NCBI GenBank assembly: GCA_034408725.1 | Contig: JAWXCN010000182.1 | Span: forward strand, 1-64,000 | Reading direction: 5' to 3' | Length of the DNA: 64,000 bases | From: Candidatus Hydrogenedentota bacterium | GTDB lineage: Bacteria > Hydrogenedentota > Hydrogenedentia > Hydrogenedentales > SLHB01 | Part shown: one piece after another, positions 45,946-55,394 of the stretch | Numbering within the stretch: the stretch's first letter is position 1 | Layout of the letters: each line of letters begins with the position of its first letter | Made by a program: the position numbers and the translations under genes | Notes under the pieces: model-generated | The model's database searches: none | What the model was told of the DNA's origin: nothing | What the model saw: the letters and a program-made list of their open reading frames with translations, nothing else

Positions 45946-46332
45946 ATGAAAACCCTACTCAAGTTTGCCGCAGTGATCAGTTCCTCATTACTCGTCGCGG
46001 GATTTGTAATGTACCGTGCGAGCACACGGGCAGATGCAACGCCACCCGATAAGAGGACTGGGGTAACGTATTCCCTCGGTTCGACGCCAACACTCATGCC
46101 AGGGTCGAAGAGCGCAATGCCATTTCCGTCACAACCTGCAAACGCGCAAGCCGGCGCGGAGCAATCGCGCACGCTATGGCACGGCACAAAGAGTGGCGCG
46201 GTTGCAAGACCTGCTGATGTGCCATTGAACAGTTTGGAAAAGGAAAACTCCGTTGAAGTGAATTCATCGCCGGGTCCCGTCCAACTCCTTCCCGGATCGA
46301 AGTCGATGGTGATTCGCGGGGAATCGCAATGA
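45946..46332 (+). CDS. Membrane-anchored/exported low-complexity protein with three G(S/T)KS motifs
   Basis: AGGAGG RBS, N-terminal hydrophobic helix, LMPGSKS / LWHGTKS / LLPGSKS. Confidence 0.8.
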   Translation: MKTLLKFAAVISSSLLVAGFVMYRASTRADATPPDKRTGVTYSLGSTPTLMPGSKSAMPFPSQPANAQAGAEQSRTLWHGTKSGAVARPADVPLNSLEKENSVEVNSSPGPVQLLPGSKSMVIRGESQ

Positions 46333-47156
46333 ACGGCGTGTCGGCACTGCTGCTGTCCAGCGCGGCAAGTTTTCTATTTCTCTTCCTCGTGTTCCGGCCC
46401 TTGGAAACGGCATTCCCCGCGAAGACGGGCCAGCGTTTTTTCCGTCCAGAATGGTGGACGGACCTCTGCTTCTTTCTGGGACAATACCTGTTGTGGAGCG
46501 GTGTCGTCATAGGCATGCTGACATATTTTGGCGGCGGGCTGCGGGCGATGCTTCCCATCGGGTTTCGCGATGCCGTTGCGGGGCAACCGTGGTGGCTTCA
46601 GGCAGTGGAAGTAGTGTTGTTGAGCGATCTGGTGGTGTATTGGGGCCATCGTATTCAACACCGCGTGCCGGTGCTGTGGCGTTTCCACTCGATTCATCAC
46701 AGCGCGGAACATCTCGACTGGCTCGCCGCGCACCGGGAACATCCGGTGGATACCGTGTATACCTTGGGGCTGATCAATTTGCCCGTGTTCTTCCTGGGAT
46801 TTCCAATGGAGACGTTGGGAGGCCTGATTGCGTTTCGCGGCATTTGGGCGATCTACATTCACTCGAATGTGCGATTGCCGATTGGGCCGTTGCGTATGCT
46901 CATTGGCGCGCCCGAATTGCATCACTGGCATCACGACCGGGACCGGCATGCGGGCAACTATGCGAACATATCGCCGCTGATGGATGTGCTATTCGGAACA
47001 TATCAGTGCCCAGATCGCGAACCCGAACGGTTTGGCATCAACGAGCGCATTTCGCGAAGTTATTTCGGGCAGATGATCCATCCGTTCCGGGGAACAAGAG
47101 TTGAATTGGATACTGTGGAATTCGATCGAACGCGCCGTGAACCTACTCCGGGTTAA
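46329..47156 (+). CDS. Sterol desaturase / fatty acid hydroxylase family di-iron enzyme
   Basis: His boxes HRIQH, HSIHH, HSN, HHWHH; ATGA overlap with the upstream gene. Confidence 0.92.
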   Translation: MNGVSALLLSSAASFLFLFLVFRPLETAFPAKTGQRFFRPEWWTDLCFFLGQYLLWSGVVIGMLTYFGGGLRAMLPIGFRDAVAGQPWWLQAVEVVLLSDLVVYWGHRIQHRVPVLWRFHSIHHSAEHLDWLAAHREHPVDTVYTLGLINLPVFFLGFPMETLGGLIAFRGIWAIYIHSNVRLPIGPLRMLIGAPELHHWHHDRDRHAGNYANISPLMDVLFGTYQCPDREPERFGINERISRSYFGQMIHPFRGTRVELDTVEFDRTRREPTPG

Positions 47157-47210
47157 GCCCGGCTGGTTCGGCGATCATGCAAATTCAGAATCCGAAGTGA
47201 GCACGTCCTC

Positions 47211-48518
47211 CTAAATCTCCACCGCATCGGCATGAGACGTTGCATGGAGCCGCAGCACCGCGCTGCGCAAGGTGCTTTGTGTCAGACCGAGAATGCGCAA
47301 CGCTTCCGTGCAATCGGCTTCGAGGTTGCGCTCCATTTGGACGATATGATGGGCCAGCGCGGTCACCGCGACGGTGTCATGCGATTTCGGCGCGCTTTCG
47401 GGCGTATTCATGAAGCGGATCGTGTTCAGCACCGGTTCGGGCAGACCCCAGGCCGCGGCAAGCTCGGACCCGGCGTCACTCTCCGTAATTCCATACAATT
47501 CCAATTCACGTTGACGGCGCAGGCCGGCGGGATGAATGTTGAAAACGTCGGGATAGTTTGCGAAATCGAGATGGAGCAGGGCGAGCGACCCGATGCTGTG
47601 CAACAAGGCCGCTTCGTAGATGCCTGGCGCCGCGACGTTCGCGTAATTCTTTGCGATGTTCCCCGCGGTTTCCGCTACTGCCACGGCAGTCTCCCGCCAC
47701 GCGGTGTACGTGGGTTCAGCGAAGCGTAGCTGTGTATCGAAAGTGGTTAGAGACTGGACAGTTTCAATCACGGCGCTCAGTCCGAGAATGCGGATGGCGT
47801 CGTGCCGGTCTACGATCTGTCTCCTGCACGTCCACTCCCGCGCGTTTGCAGTCGCGAGCACATGGGCCAACGCGATAGGGTCGCGGGACAAGATGTTCGC
47901 GGCGCGTTCCGCGTTGATCCCGCCTACACCTCCGAGCATTGAGAATCGGCCTTTGGTGTGGCGGGAAATCGGAAGTGACTCCAAAGCACGAACTCGGGAA
48001 AGGGTCTGCTGCGCGTTTGTTAGGGCTGAATTCTTGGATGGGGCGGGACTACTCGATCGCCCGACGGTTTGAACCGAATTCAATATCTCATAATCCAAGG
48101 GATACATGGTATGCGCCGCTTCGCGAAATTCCTTCGCGCGGCACAACACAGGTTTGACCCGGAGTCCTGTCAACGTCTCGGCAGCCTGGATACCCTCGAT
48201 GTCAAACGGATAGACCATGACGACGGTGAGCAGGCGGCCAAGCCGATCGACCGGGAGCATTTCATGTTTCAGAACAAGGTCGCGTGGCAGCAAGTTGGCG
48301 ACGTGATCGGAGACCTTGCAGTTGACGGGATTGAATGCAGGCACGCCACGCCGCGCGAGAAAGCGGTAAAAGTCGTCCGGGGCCAGCGAACCCATCTCCA
48401 CGAGAATGCCGACTGTTTTTCCGCCCCGGCTTTGCTGATATTCGAGGGCCTGAGCCAGTTGGAATTCACTGATAAGATCAGCTTCGACAAGCAAATCTCC
48501 GACACGCGTGCATGACAT
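47211..48518 (-). CDS. MshEN/T2SSE_N + HDOD domain signalling protein
   Basis: RVGDLLVEADLISEFQLAQALEYQ (MshEN-like); VVMVYPFD...TGLRVKPV; HDOD DP..LA.AN, AIRILGL, LLHSIG, WGLP. Confidence 0.82.
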   Translation of the reverse strand: MSCTRVGDLLVEADLISEFQLAQALEYQQSRGGKTVGILVEMGSLAPDDFYRFLARRGVPAFNPVNCKVSDHVANLLPRDLVLKHEMLPVDRLGRLLTVVMVYPFDIEGIQAAETLTGLRVKPVLCRAKEFREAAHTMYPLDYEILNSVQTVGRSSSPAPSKNSALTNAQQTLSRVRALESLPISRHTKGRFSMLGGVGGINAERAANILSRDPIALAHVLATANAREWTCRRQIVDRHDAIRILGLSAVIETVQSLTTFDTQLRFAEPTYTAWRETAVAVAETAGNIAKNYANVAAPGIYEAALLHSIGSLALLHLDFANYPDVFNIHPAGLRRQRELELYGITESDAGSELAAAWGLPEPVLNTIRFMNTPESAPKSHDTVAVTALAHHIVQMERNLEADCTEALRILGLTQSTLRSAVLRLHATSHADAVEI

Positions 48519-48574
48519 AGCCTGGTCCTCTCACCGGTGATATTCACCTTTGTTGAGCGCGCTGGAGCTTGGAG

Positions 48575-48590
48575 TGCAACAACCGCGCCA
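48575..48590 (-). promoter_or_regulatory. sigma54 -24/-12 promoter for the MshEN-HDOD gene
   Basis: Minus strand TGGCGCGGTTGTTGCA, ~57 nt upstream of the ATG. Confidence 0.7.
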
Positions 48591-48866
48591 ATTCCCGATA
48601 TGAGAGGGCGCATGCGACTAATGTCACGTATGGCAAGGGTTTTCATCCGATCCTGAACAGCACATTCTCGGTGACAGGAGAAATTTATATCGGCAAGTTG
48701 TCACTCCTGAATAACAATTACTCGCCGGAGCGCATGATTGCGCGAATCAAAGCCGTGGTTAGATCGCAAATGGCTTGACGATTCTTTTTTCCTCAATGCG
48801 CGCCATGATAAACTGACGCGTTTATGTCGCGTTTCCATGACGCGCAGATTTCAGGGAAAGACACCG

Positions 48867-49973
48867 ATGCCGTTTGAACAGTTAGACCGCACAAAAGTTA
48901 TGTGTAAGCCTTTGGCCCAACGGGCCAATAAGGTGCATATCGAAAGCGATCATGTTTCCCCCGGGACCCAACCCCGCCCACTGAATGAAAATGCCCAACA
49001 CATCGTTCGTGAGATTGTCGAGCGCCTCAAACACGCGAAAGACAAAGGCGCGTCGCGCATGCTTACCTTTGGAGCGCACGCGATAAAGAACGGACTCGGA
49101 CCCGTTTTTGCGAAACTCATCGAAGAAGGTTGGATAACGCATCTCGCGACGAATGGCGCCGGCATTATTCATGACTGGGAATTCGCGTACCTCGGACACA
49201 GCAGCGAAGACGTGCGCGCCAACGTGACGAAGGGAGAATTCGGAACGTGGGAGGAAACGGGCTTCTACATCAATCTTGCGATTCTCGCTGGCGCGTTCAA
49301 CGGTTTCGGGTATGGAGAAAGTGTTGGGGCGTTGGTCGAAAACGAGGGATTGGAAATTCCATCTGAAGCCGAGCTCACGGACCTTGTGAAGTTTCACGTT
49401 GAGTCCGAACCTGACCGTGCGGCGGCGGCGGCGGACTTTTTGTCCCACGTGCGGAGTTTTGGTCTTGAAGCGGGCTGGATGTCCGTGCCGCATCCGTTCA
49501 AGCAGTACGGATTGCAAAGCGCAGCGTACCGGCTCGGAGTGCCGTATACAGGGCATCCCATGATAGGACACGACATTATTTACGTGCATCCGATGAACAA
49601 TTGCGCGGCGATTGGCCGCGCGTCGCAACGTGATTTCCTTTCGTTCGCGCAGAATATATCCAAACTCGAGGACGGCGTCTACATTTCGATTGGTTCGGCG
49701 GTGATGTCGCCGATGATATTCGAGAAGTCATTGTCCATGGCGCAAAATATCGCCATTCAAGCGGGAGGGCATATCGACAATCATTTTATGGCGATTGTGG
49801 ATTTGGCGGAATCGCACTGGGACTGGACCAAAGGCGAACCGCCTGCCGATAATCCCGACTATTATTTGCGATACAACAAGACCTTCGCGCGGATGGGCGG
49901 GACCATGCGATACTTGTCGGCGGACAATCGCGATTTTTTGTTGACGCTTGTTCATGCTTTGGAAAACGGATGA
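48867..49973 (+). CDS. Conserved hypothetical protein, deoxyhypusine-synthase-like fold
   Basis: GAHAIKNGL, THLATNGAGIIHDWE, G.FGTWEETG, IGHDII, GSAVMSP; start MPFEQ. Confidence 0.75.
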   Translation: MPFEQLDRTKVMCKPLAQRANKVHIESDHVSPGTQPRPLNENAQHIVREIVERLKHAKDKGASRMLTFGAHAIKNGLGPVFAKLIEEGWITHLATNGAGIIHDWEFAYLGHSSEDVRANVTKGEFGTWEETGFYINLAILAGAFNGFGYGESVGALVENEGLEIPSEAELTDLVKFHVESEPDRAAAAADFLSHVRSFGLEAGWMSVPHPFKQYGLQSAAYRLGVPYTGHPMIGHDIIYVHPMNNCAAIGRASQRDFLSFAQNISKLEDGVYISIGSAVMSPMIFEKSLSMAQNIAIQAGGHIDNHFMAIVDLAESHWDWTKGEPPADNPDYYLRYNKTFARMGGTMRYLSADNRDFLLTLVHALENG

Positions 49974-49979
49974 CACTTC

Positions 49980-50639
49980 GTGCCCACGCTTAATTCTATT
50001 GAACAAACGATTCTCGACGGTATGCTGGCCCGCAGGCCAGACCTGAAACATTGCGCGGACTCCATCGTATTGTTGCACGACAGACTTGTCCGGATGTACG
50101 ACGCCGGCGGAAAGCTGCTGGTGTGTGGAAACGGCGGGAGCAATGCAGATGCCATGCACATTGCGGGCGAGCTATGCAAAAGCTTCGAGCGAAAGCGGAC
50201 CCTGTCGGTATCGTTCGCGAAGAAACTGCGGTCGCTGCCTTGTGGCGAGGAGCTTGCCAATCACCTCGAGTCCGGTCTCGCGGCGATACCACTCGGATTT
50301 AACGGATCGCTGAAGACGGCTGTAGAAAACGATATTGGATTGCGCGATATTGCGTTCGCGCAGGAAGCGATGGCGCTTGCAAAGCCAGACGACATTATTT
50401 TAGGCATATCGACGTCCGGGAATGCGACAAACTGCCTGATGGCCATGTCGGTGGTGAAGGCGCTGGGCGGTACGACGGTGTCGTTGACGGGTCCCCGCGG
50501 CGGCACAATGGCGGGGTTTGCCGATATAGCGATCAAGGCCCCGGGCGATTCGGTGAAGGTTATTCAGGAAGCGCATCTCGTGCTTTACCACACCATCTGC
50601 GCGATGATTGAGGCGCACTACTTCCCAGAGCCGCGGTAG
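49980..50639 (+). CDS. SIS-domain phosphoheptose isomerase (GmhA)-like protein
   Basis: CGNGGS.ADAMHIAGEL, ISTSGN, IQEAHLVLYH. Confidence 0.88.
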   Translation: MPTLNSIEQTILDGMLARRPDLKHCADSIVLLHDRLVRMYDAGGKLLVCGNGGSNADAMHIAGELCKSFERKRTLSVSFAKKLRSLPCGEELANHLESGLAAIPLGFNGSLKTAVENDIGLRDIAFAQEAMALAKPDDIILGISTSGNATNCLMAMSVVKALGGTTVSLTGPRGGTMAGFADIAIKAPGDSVKVIQEAHLVLYHTICAMIEAHYFPEPR

Positions 50640-50640
50640 C

Positions 50641-51372
50641 TTATTCGGAGGCTGGCTTCTTCTCCGTGATGAGCACCGGGGCGCCTTCCGGCACCAGCGC
50701 AAACACTTCGATGACATCGGAGTTTTTCATGCGTACACAGCCTTGTGAGGATGGCGTGCCAATCTTCTCTTCTTCGTTGGTGCCGTGGATGTAGATGTAC
50801 CGGCTGTAGGAGTCTACATTTCCGCCAAGATTCTTGCCCGGTTCATAACCGTCAAGCCACAGAATGCGTGTCAGAACGAGGTCCTTCTTTGTGGATTGAC
50901 CCGGCTTCCAAACCTCTTTCGTTGCGACTGCTCCACGGAAGACCTGTCCGATGGGCGCGCCATCGCCGACTTTTCGTTTTACGTTATGCCAGCCCAGAGG
51001 TGTTTTTTGGCTATTCATTGCCGAGCCGGCACCGTTCTTTGCAGTAGCGCAAGCCCCTTGCCAGACGATGGTGTTTGCCTGGATTATCCGGAGGACTTGC
51101 TCATCGACCGACACCCAGACCGCGAGTCCGTTGCCGGCCCATTTTTCCCAGTTCTGTTCGGCAAGGTACGAATTCTGATCACCGGTCAGGGATGTGGTCA
51201 CGGATTCACCTTCTTTGGGCGCGTGCGCGGCGGCGCTGCCCGGTGAGGCGGTCACAGTGTTTGACTCCGAGTTCGCTCCGCCAAATGGCATCGCGGCATA
51301 CAGAAAGATGGCTGCACCAACGAACGCGCCTGGGCCCGCAACCGTCCGTGCAAAAGCAATGGGGGTTCTCAA
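50641..51372 (-). CDS. L,D-transpeptidase (YkuD family)
   Basis: TPLG, TRILWLDG, IYIHGT..E..IG.PSSQGCVRM. Confidence 0.92.
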   Translation of the reverse strand: MRTPIAFARTVAGPGAFVGAAIFLYAAMPFGGANSESNTVTASPGSAAAHAPKEGESVTTSLTGDQNSYLAEQNWEKWAGNGLAVWVSVDEQVLRIIQANTIVWQGACATAKNGAGSAMNSQKTPLGWHNVKRKVGDGAPIGQVFRGAVATKEVWKPGQSTKKDLVLTRILWLDGYEPGKNLGGNVDSYSRYIYIHGTNEEEKIGTPSSQGCVRMKNSDVIEVFALVPEGAPVLITEKKPASE

Positions 51373-51510
51373 TCAGTCCTCCGGAAAGTTCTCACACCAA
51401 TTACACCATGCGCGCCAAAACAGGGCTGCGACGAAACAAATATGATAGCATACACCCGCGTCCGGGTTCATCCGCGCCGCAAGCCAAAAAAAGGGAGGGG
51501 TAGGGGAGCG

Positions 51511-52554
51511 ATGTTGAGGAAAATCGTGGCAGGAATCATTCTGGGGATTGGAATTTCGTATAACACTATGGCAGACACCGCGTTACATGAAATCACGGCT
51601 GCGGCACAGGGCTTTTTGGCGTCGCTCACCGCTGAACAACGCGCAGCCACTGTACTGCCTTTCAATTCGGATGAGCGGCTCAACTGGCATTACGTGCCAA
51701 AGGTGCGGCAAGGCATTTCGATCAAGGCATTAACGCCGGAGCAGCGGGACGTTGCGTTGGCAATTTTGAAGACTGCATTGAGCGCGCAGGGATTTGAAAA
51801 AATAGAGACCATTCGGAGTCTGGAAGATATATTGCACATCTTAGAAGGCGGCAAAGGTGCGGCACGGGACCTTGAACTCTACTATTTCACACTATTCGGC
51901 GAACCCTCGGAAAGTGGGAATTGGGGGCTACGCTACGAAGGACACCATCTTTCGCTGCACTGGACGATTGTTAACGGTCAGATTGTATCTACCCTTCCTC
52001 AATTCATGGGATCGAATCCTGGTGAAGTGAAAAGCGGACCCAAGCAAGGGACGCGGCCTTTGAGCGCGGAAGAAGACCTTGCGCGCGCGCTCGTCACGTC
52101 ATTGGATGAAAAGCAGCGTGCCGAATGTGTTTTGCAGCAAGCAGTCCCGGCAGACATTATCACTGGCGCGTCGCGAGAAGCCGCGATCGAGGGGCACGTC
52201 GGATTGGGATATGGCGCGATGACGGCCGATCAACAGGGCTTGCTGATCAGTCTGATCCAGGTACTCGCGGATGTTCAGCGAAAGGAACTCGCCGAGAAGC
52301 GCGTGGCGAGCCTGCGCGAGGCCGGGATCGAGAACATCAAGTTCGCATGGATTGGAGGATTCGAGAGAGGGGAGAAACACTATTACCGCGTGCAGGGCCC
52401 GACTTTCGTGATAGAATATGACAACACTCAAAACGACGCGAACCATGTTCATGTCGTTTGGCGGGATTTTCAGGGTGATTTCGGCATGGACGTTTTGAAG
52501 AAACATTATGTGTCGCACGCCGATACGGCCCATCCGCGGGAACACAAACACTGA
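51511..52554 (+). CDS. DUF3500 domain exported protein
   Basis: WHYVP, ALSAQG, YYFTLFGEP, WGLRYEGHHLSL, YYRVQGPTFVIEYDNTQNDANHVH.VWRD. Confidence 0.88.
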   Translation: MLRKIVAGIILGIGISYNTMADTALHEITAAAQGFLASLTAEQRAATVLPFNSDERLNWHYVPKVRQGISIKALTPEQRDVALAILKTALSAQGFEKIETIRSLEDILHILEGGKGAARDLELYYFTLFGEPSESGNWGLRYEGHHLSLHWTIVNGQIVSTLPQFMGSNPGEVKSGPKQGTRPLSAEEDLARALVTSLDEKQRAECVLQQAVPADIITGASREAAIEGHVGLGYGAMTADQQGLLISLIQVLADVQRKELAEKRVASLREAGIENIKFAWIGGFERGEKHYYRVQGPTFVIEYDNTQNDANHVHVVWRDFQGDFGMDVLKKHYVSHADTAHPREHKH

Positions 52555-52561
52555 GCCGTCC

Positions 52562-53482
52562 GTGCCGGTATTGACGCGACGTTCGTTGGCCGCGCTGTTG
52601 TGGGTTATTGGCGCGGGTGTTTTTGCGGCATTTGTCGTGGTTGTGGGTTGGCGTCCGATTGCGGATGCACTCGCCAACGCGCACGTGGGCAAACTGACGG
52701 GGATGTCGCTTGTCACCGTTGCCGCGCTCTGGTTGCGCGTGTATAAATGGCGCATCGCATTGGGGCCGGCGCCCGGCGCCATTCCCTTATTTTGGATGTC
52801 GAAGGCGGCGGGGGAATTCTCTCCCGGACGCGTGGGCGAGTTATCACCGCTGTTGTTGAAGCGCTACCGCACGCCGCGCATTGCGGCGTGGATCGTGTTA
52901 GATCGCGTGTTGGAAATGACGGCCACGATTGGACTTGGCGTGGCGGGTATCCTATTGATACGTGTGCCCAACCAAACTACTGCGATTCTTGCCGCATCTC
53001 TGATCTCTTTCTCCATGCTGGCCGCGCTCTACCTGATGTCGAAGCGTGCATTGTTCGAGTGGTTGGCGGCGTGGGCTGGCTCGGAATCCCGAATCGGACG
53101 CGCCTTGCTATTTTTCGCGGAGGCCGGCTCTGAAATACGCGCATTCAGGGGCGCCATGCCCGGCGCGATGGTGATTACGCTGATTGCAGGATTCGCAGAT
53201 GTTTGGGCGGGAATGTTGTTGTACTCCGCATTCGGGACACACGTTTCGTTTGCCCTAATGGCGGCGGTAAAAGGTCTCCACGCCATCACGAGTGCCATTC
53301 CCCTCACCCCGAACGCGACCGGTGTTCCCTATCTCACCGCGGCGGTATTGCTGCATGAAGTTGGCGGCGTTTCCTCCGAAGTGCTGATCGCGGCAATTGC
53401 CGTTGCGGTAGCGATTACCAATATTGTGTTCTGGTTATCGGCGCTGGCGGCAGCGCCTTCGTTGCGCTCGGCGAATTTCTAA
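52562..53482 (+). CDS. Lysylphosphatidylglycerol synthase TM / flippase-like membrane protein
   Basis: Multiple TM helices, R..KW, PGRVGEL, DRVLE, PLTP..GV; start uncertain. Confidence 0.82.
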   Translation: MPVLTRRSLAALLWVIGAGVFAAFVVVVGWRPIADALANAHVGKLTGMSLVTVAALWLRVYKWRIALGPAPGAIPLFWMSKAAGEFSPGRVGELSPLLLKRYRTPRIAAWIVLDRVLEMTATIGLGVAGILLIRVPNQTTAILAASLISFSMLAALYLMSKRALFEWLAAWAGSESRIGRALLFFAEAGSEIRAFRGAMPGAMVITLIAGFADVWAGMLLYSAFGTHVSFALMAAVKGLHAITSAIPLTPNATGVPYLTAAVLLHEVGGVSSEVLIAAIAVAVAITNIVFWLSALAAAPSLRSANF

Positions 53483-53488
53483 AGGTTT

Positions 53489-53520
53489 GTCGCCGAAGGC
53501 GCGTGAACGCCTCCGGCGAC
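53489..53520. terminator. Hairpin between convergent genes, possible bidirectional terminator
   Basis: GTCGCCGAAGGCG-CGTGAA-CGCCTCCGGCGAC followed by TTCGTTT. Confidence 0.55.
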
Positions 53521-53540
53521 TTCGTTTCCCCCTGCAACCG

Positions 53541-53711
53541 CTAGAAAACAAGCCAGAATACAACCCCAATCATGATGGTAGAACCCAAGACCATTTTCGA
53601 GATTGCGCCCCAATCGAGTTGTGACTCCGCGCGTGACCGATGACCGAGTCGTTGCGCGGTGGTGTGGGTGCGGTGGCTGATCTGCTGACGGCAACTTGCG
53701 TGCGTAACCAT
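53541..53711 (-). CDS. Unannotated 56-aa tail-anchored membrane protein
   Basis: MVTHASCRQQISHRTHTTAQRLGHRSRAESQLDWGAISKMVLGSTIMIGVVFWLVF*; GGAGG 8 nt upstream; own sigma54 promoter. Confidence 0.72.
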   Translation of the reverse strand: MVTHASCRQQISHRTHTTAQRLGHRSRAESQLDWGAISKMVLGSTIMIGVVFWLVF

Positions 53712-53790
53712 TTCCTTATCCTCCCTCTAAGCCTTGCGCTCCTTCTTTTGCGCTGGCTTTGATTCCCAATCCCGTTGTCGCATTAGATAG

Positions 53791-53806
53791 AGCATGTGTC
53801 GTGCCA
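53791..53806 (-). promoter_or_regulatory. sigma54 -24/-12 promoter of the 56-aa gene
   Basis: Minus strand TGGCACGACACATGCT (GG-N10-GC). Confidence 0.7.
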
Positions 53807-53932
53807 ACAAGGGGAGTGTGCGCTATCGCATTTAATGGAAAGGAGTTGGCCTGGGAGGTTAGTTTGCGAGGTGCGGTGTGGGCAGATCCGCGTTTAGAAA
53901 CTGAACAAGTTAAAGTAAAGTAACTGTACAAT

Positions 53933-55324
53933 TCACGCCTGTGCGTGCGTACTGTCGCGGAAAACAACCCGTTCGACTGCGCGAACAGCCGACACAACGC
54001 AGTCATTCAGTCCAACTCCGCGATAAGCGTTCCCAGCGAAAACCAGGCCGGGGTTGCGATTCTCCGCGGCTTCGATGGCTGCCAACCGGCCGCCGTGCCC
54101 GAGTGTATATTGCGGGATACCGCGTGCGTGCCGAAAGACCTGTGTAAGTAGAGGTGCTCCGGAAATACGGAGAAGGGAATGCACCTCATTGCGCACGACG
54201 TCCATGAGTTGTTCGTGGTCAAGTTCTAACGCACTAGGGTCAGTCGCCCCTCCGATCATCGTCCGGATCAATACGTGATCGGCGGGCGCTTCGTGTGGAA
54301 AAATCGATGATGTCCACAAACACCCAAGCGTGCGCTTGCCTTCCCTTTTCGGGACGAGGTATCCGAATCCTCCGAGTGGATGATCGACTTGCTGACGGGT
54401 GTAGGCAGAACATACAACCGTGATGCCCGCGTATGGGATGGCTTCGAGATTTGTAGCGGCCTCGCCGTCTAAGGACGCCAACAGCGCCGCGGCACGGAAT
54501 GCAGGTATCGTCACGACGACGTACTCTGCGTTAATGGAGTGTCCCTGCCCGGTCTTAATTTGATACGAACTACCGATGCGTTCGATAGTCTGCGCGGCAT
54601 CCGCGATCAGGACACGGTCTCCCAGTGTGTTGCTGGACGCTTCCGCGAGATACCCCATCCCTCTGCGAAAGGATGTCAATACACCGCCCGGCCCCATGCT
54701 GTCTCCAGCTCGCGAATTCCTTTTCTTTGCGAACATTCCACGTAGCAGTGAGCCGTATTCGCGTTCCAGGGCCGCGATGCGCGGAAAGCAATCGACCATC
54801 GACAACTCTTTCGCGTCGCCACCATAGACGCCACTCGCCATGCAGGACACGAGGGTGTCGGCGGCTTCCGGACCGAGTCTGCGTGCCGCAAAACTCCAGA
54901 CGGTCTCAGGATCGTTGCCACGTTTGCGGGACACAAGGGGCTCTCGCATAAGGCGCAGACGGCCGGACAATGACAATAGGGGACTCAGCAGGAACGCGGG
55001 CGGTTTCCGGATTTCGATGAGCGCATTATTCTTGAGAATGAATCGCCGTGCCGCCGATTCATCGGCGCGCACCAGTTCGCCACTCAATCCCAATTCGTCA
55101 ATCCATTTCAAAGTCAATGGTTCACGGTCTAGAAATCCGTTTGGGCCCCAGTCGAGGCAGAATCCGTCCACGATATCTGTTCGCGCGGCGCCGCCGGTGG
55201 CGTTGGCCGCTTCAAGCAGAAGTACGCGGGTGCGTCCGAAAAATTCACTAAGGTAGTGGGCGGCGCAAAGGCCCGTGATGCCGCCGCCGAGGACGAGTGC
55301 TTTGCATTCGTATCGCATTACCAA
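53933..55324 (-). CDS. hemG: Protoporphyrinogen/coproporphyrinogen oxidase (HemY-type)
   Basis: LGGGITGL, GPNGFL, SGVYGGD..LS, GFGYLVP, IPQYTLGH, GNAYRGVGLNDCV. Confidence 0.93.
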   Translation of the reverse strand: MVMRYECKALVLGGGITGLCAAHYLSEFFGRTRVLLLEAANATGGAARTDIVDGFCLDWGPNGFLDREPLTLKWIDELGLSGELVRADESAARRFILKNNALIEIRKPPAFLLSPLLSLSGRLRLMREPLVSRKRGNDPETVWSFAARRLGPEAADTLVSCMASGVYGGDAKELSMVDCFPRIAALEREYGSLLRGMFAKKRNSRAGDSMGPGGVLTSFRRGMGYLAEASSNTLGDRVLIADAAQTIERIGSSYQIKTGQGHSINAEYVVVTIPAFRAAALLASLDGEAATNLEAIPYAGITVVCSAYTRQQVDHPLGGFGYLVPKREGKRTLGCLWTSSIFPHEAPADHVLIRTMIGGATDPSALELDHEQLMDVVRNEVHSLLRISGAPLLTQVFRHARGIPQYTLGHGGRLAAIEAAENRNPGLVFAGNAYRGVGLNDCVVSAVRAVERVVFRDSTHAQA

Positions 55325-55394
55325 ACCATTTGTAAATAGGAAGTGTCAGTTACGGGATCACACGACGCCTCGTATACTATAGCTGAACCTGGGA

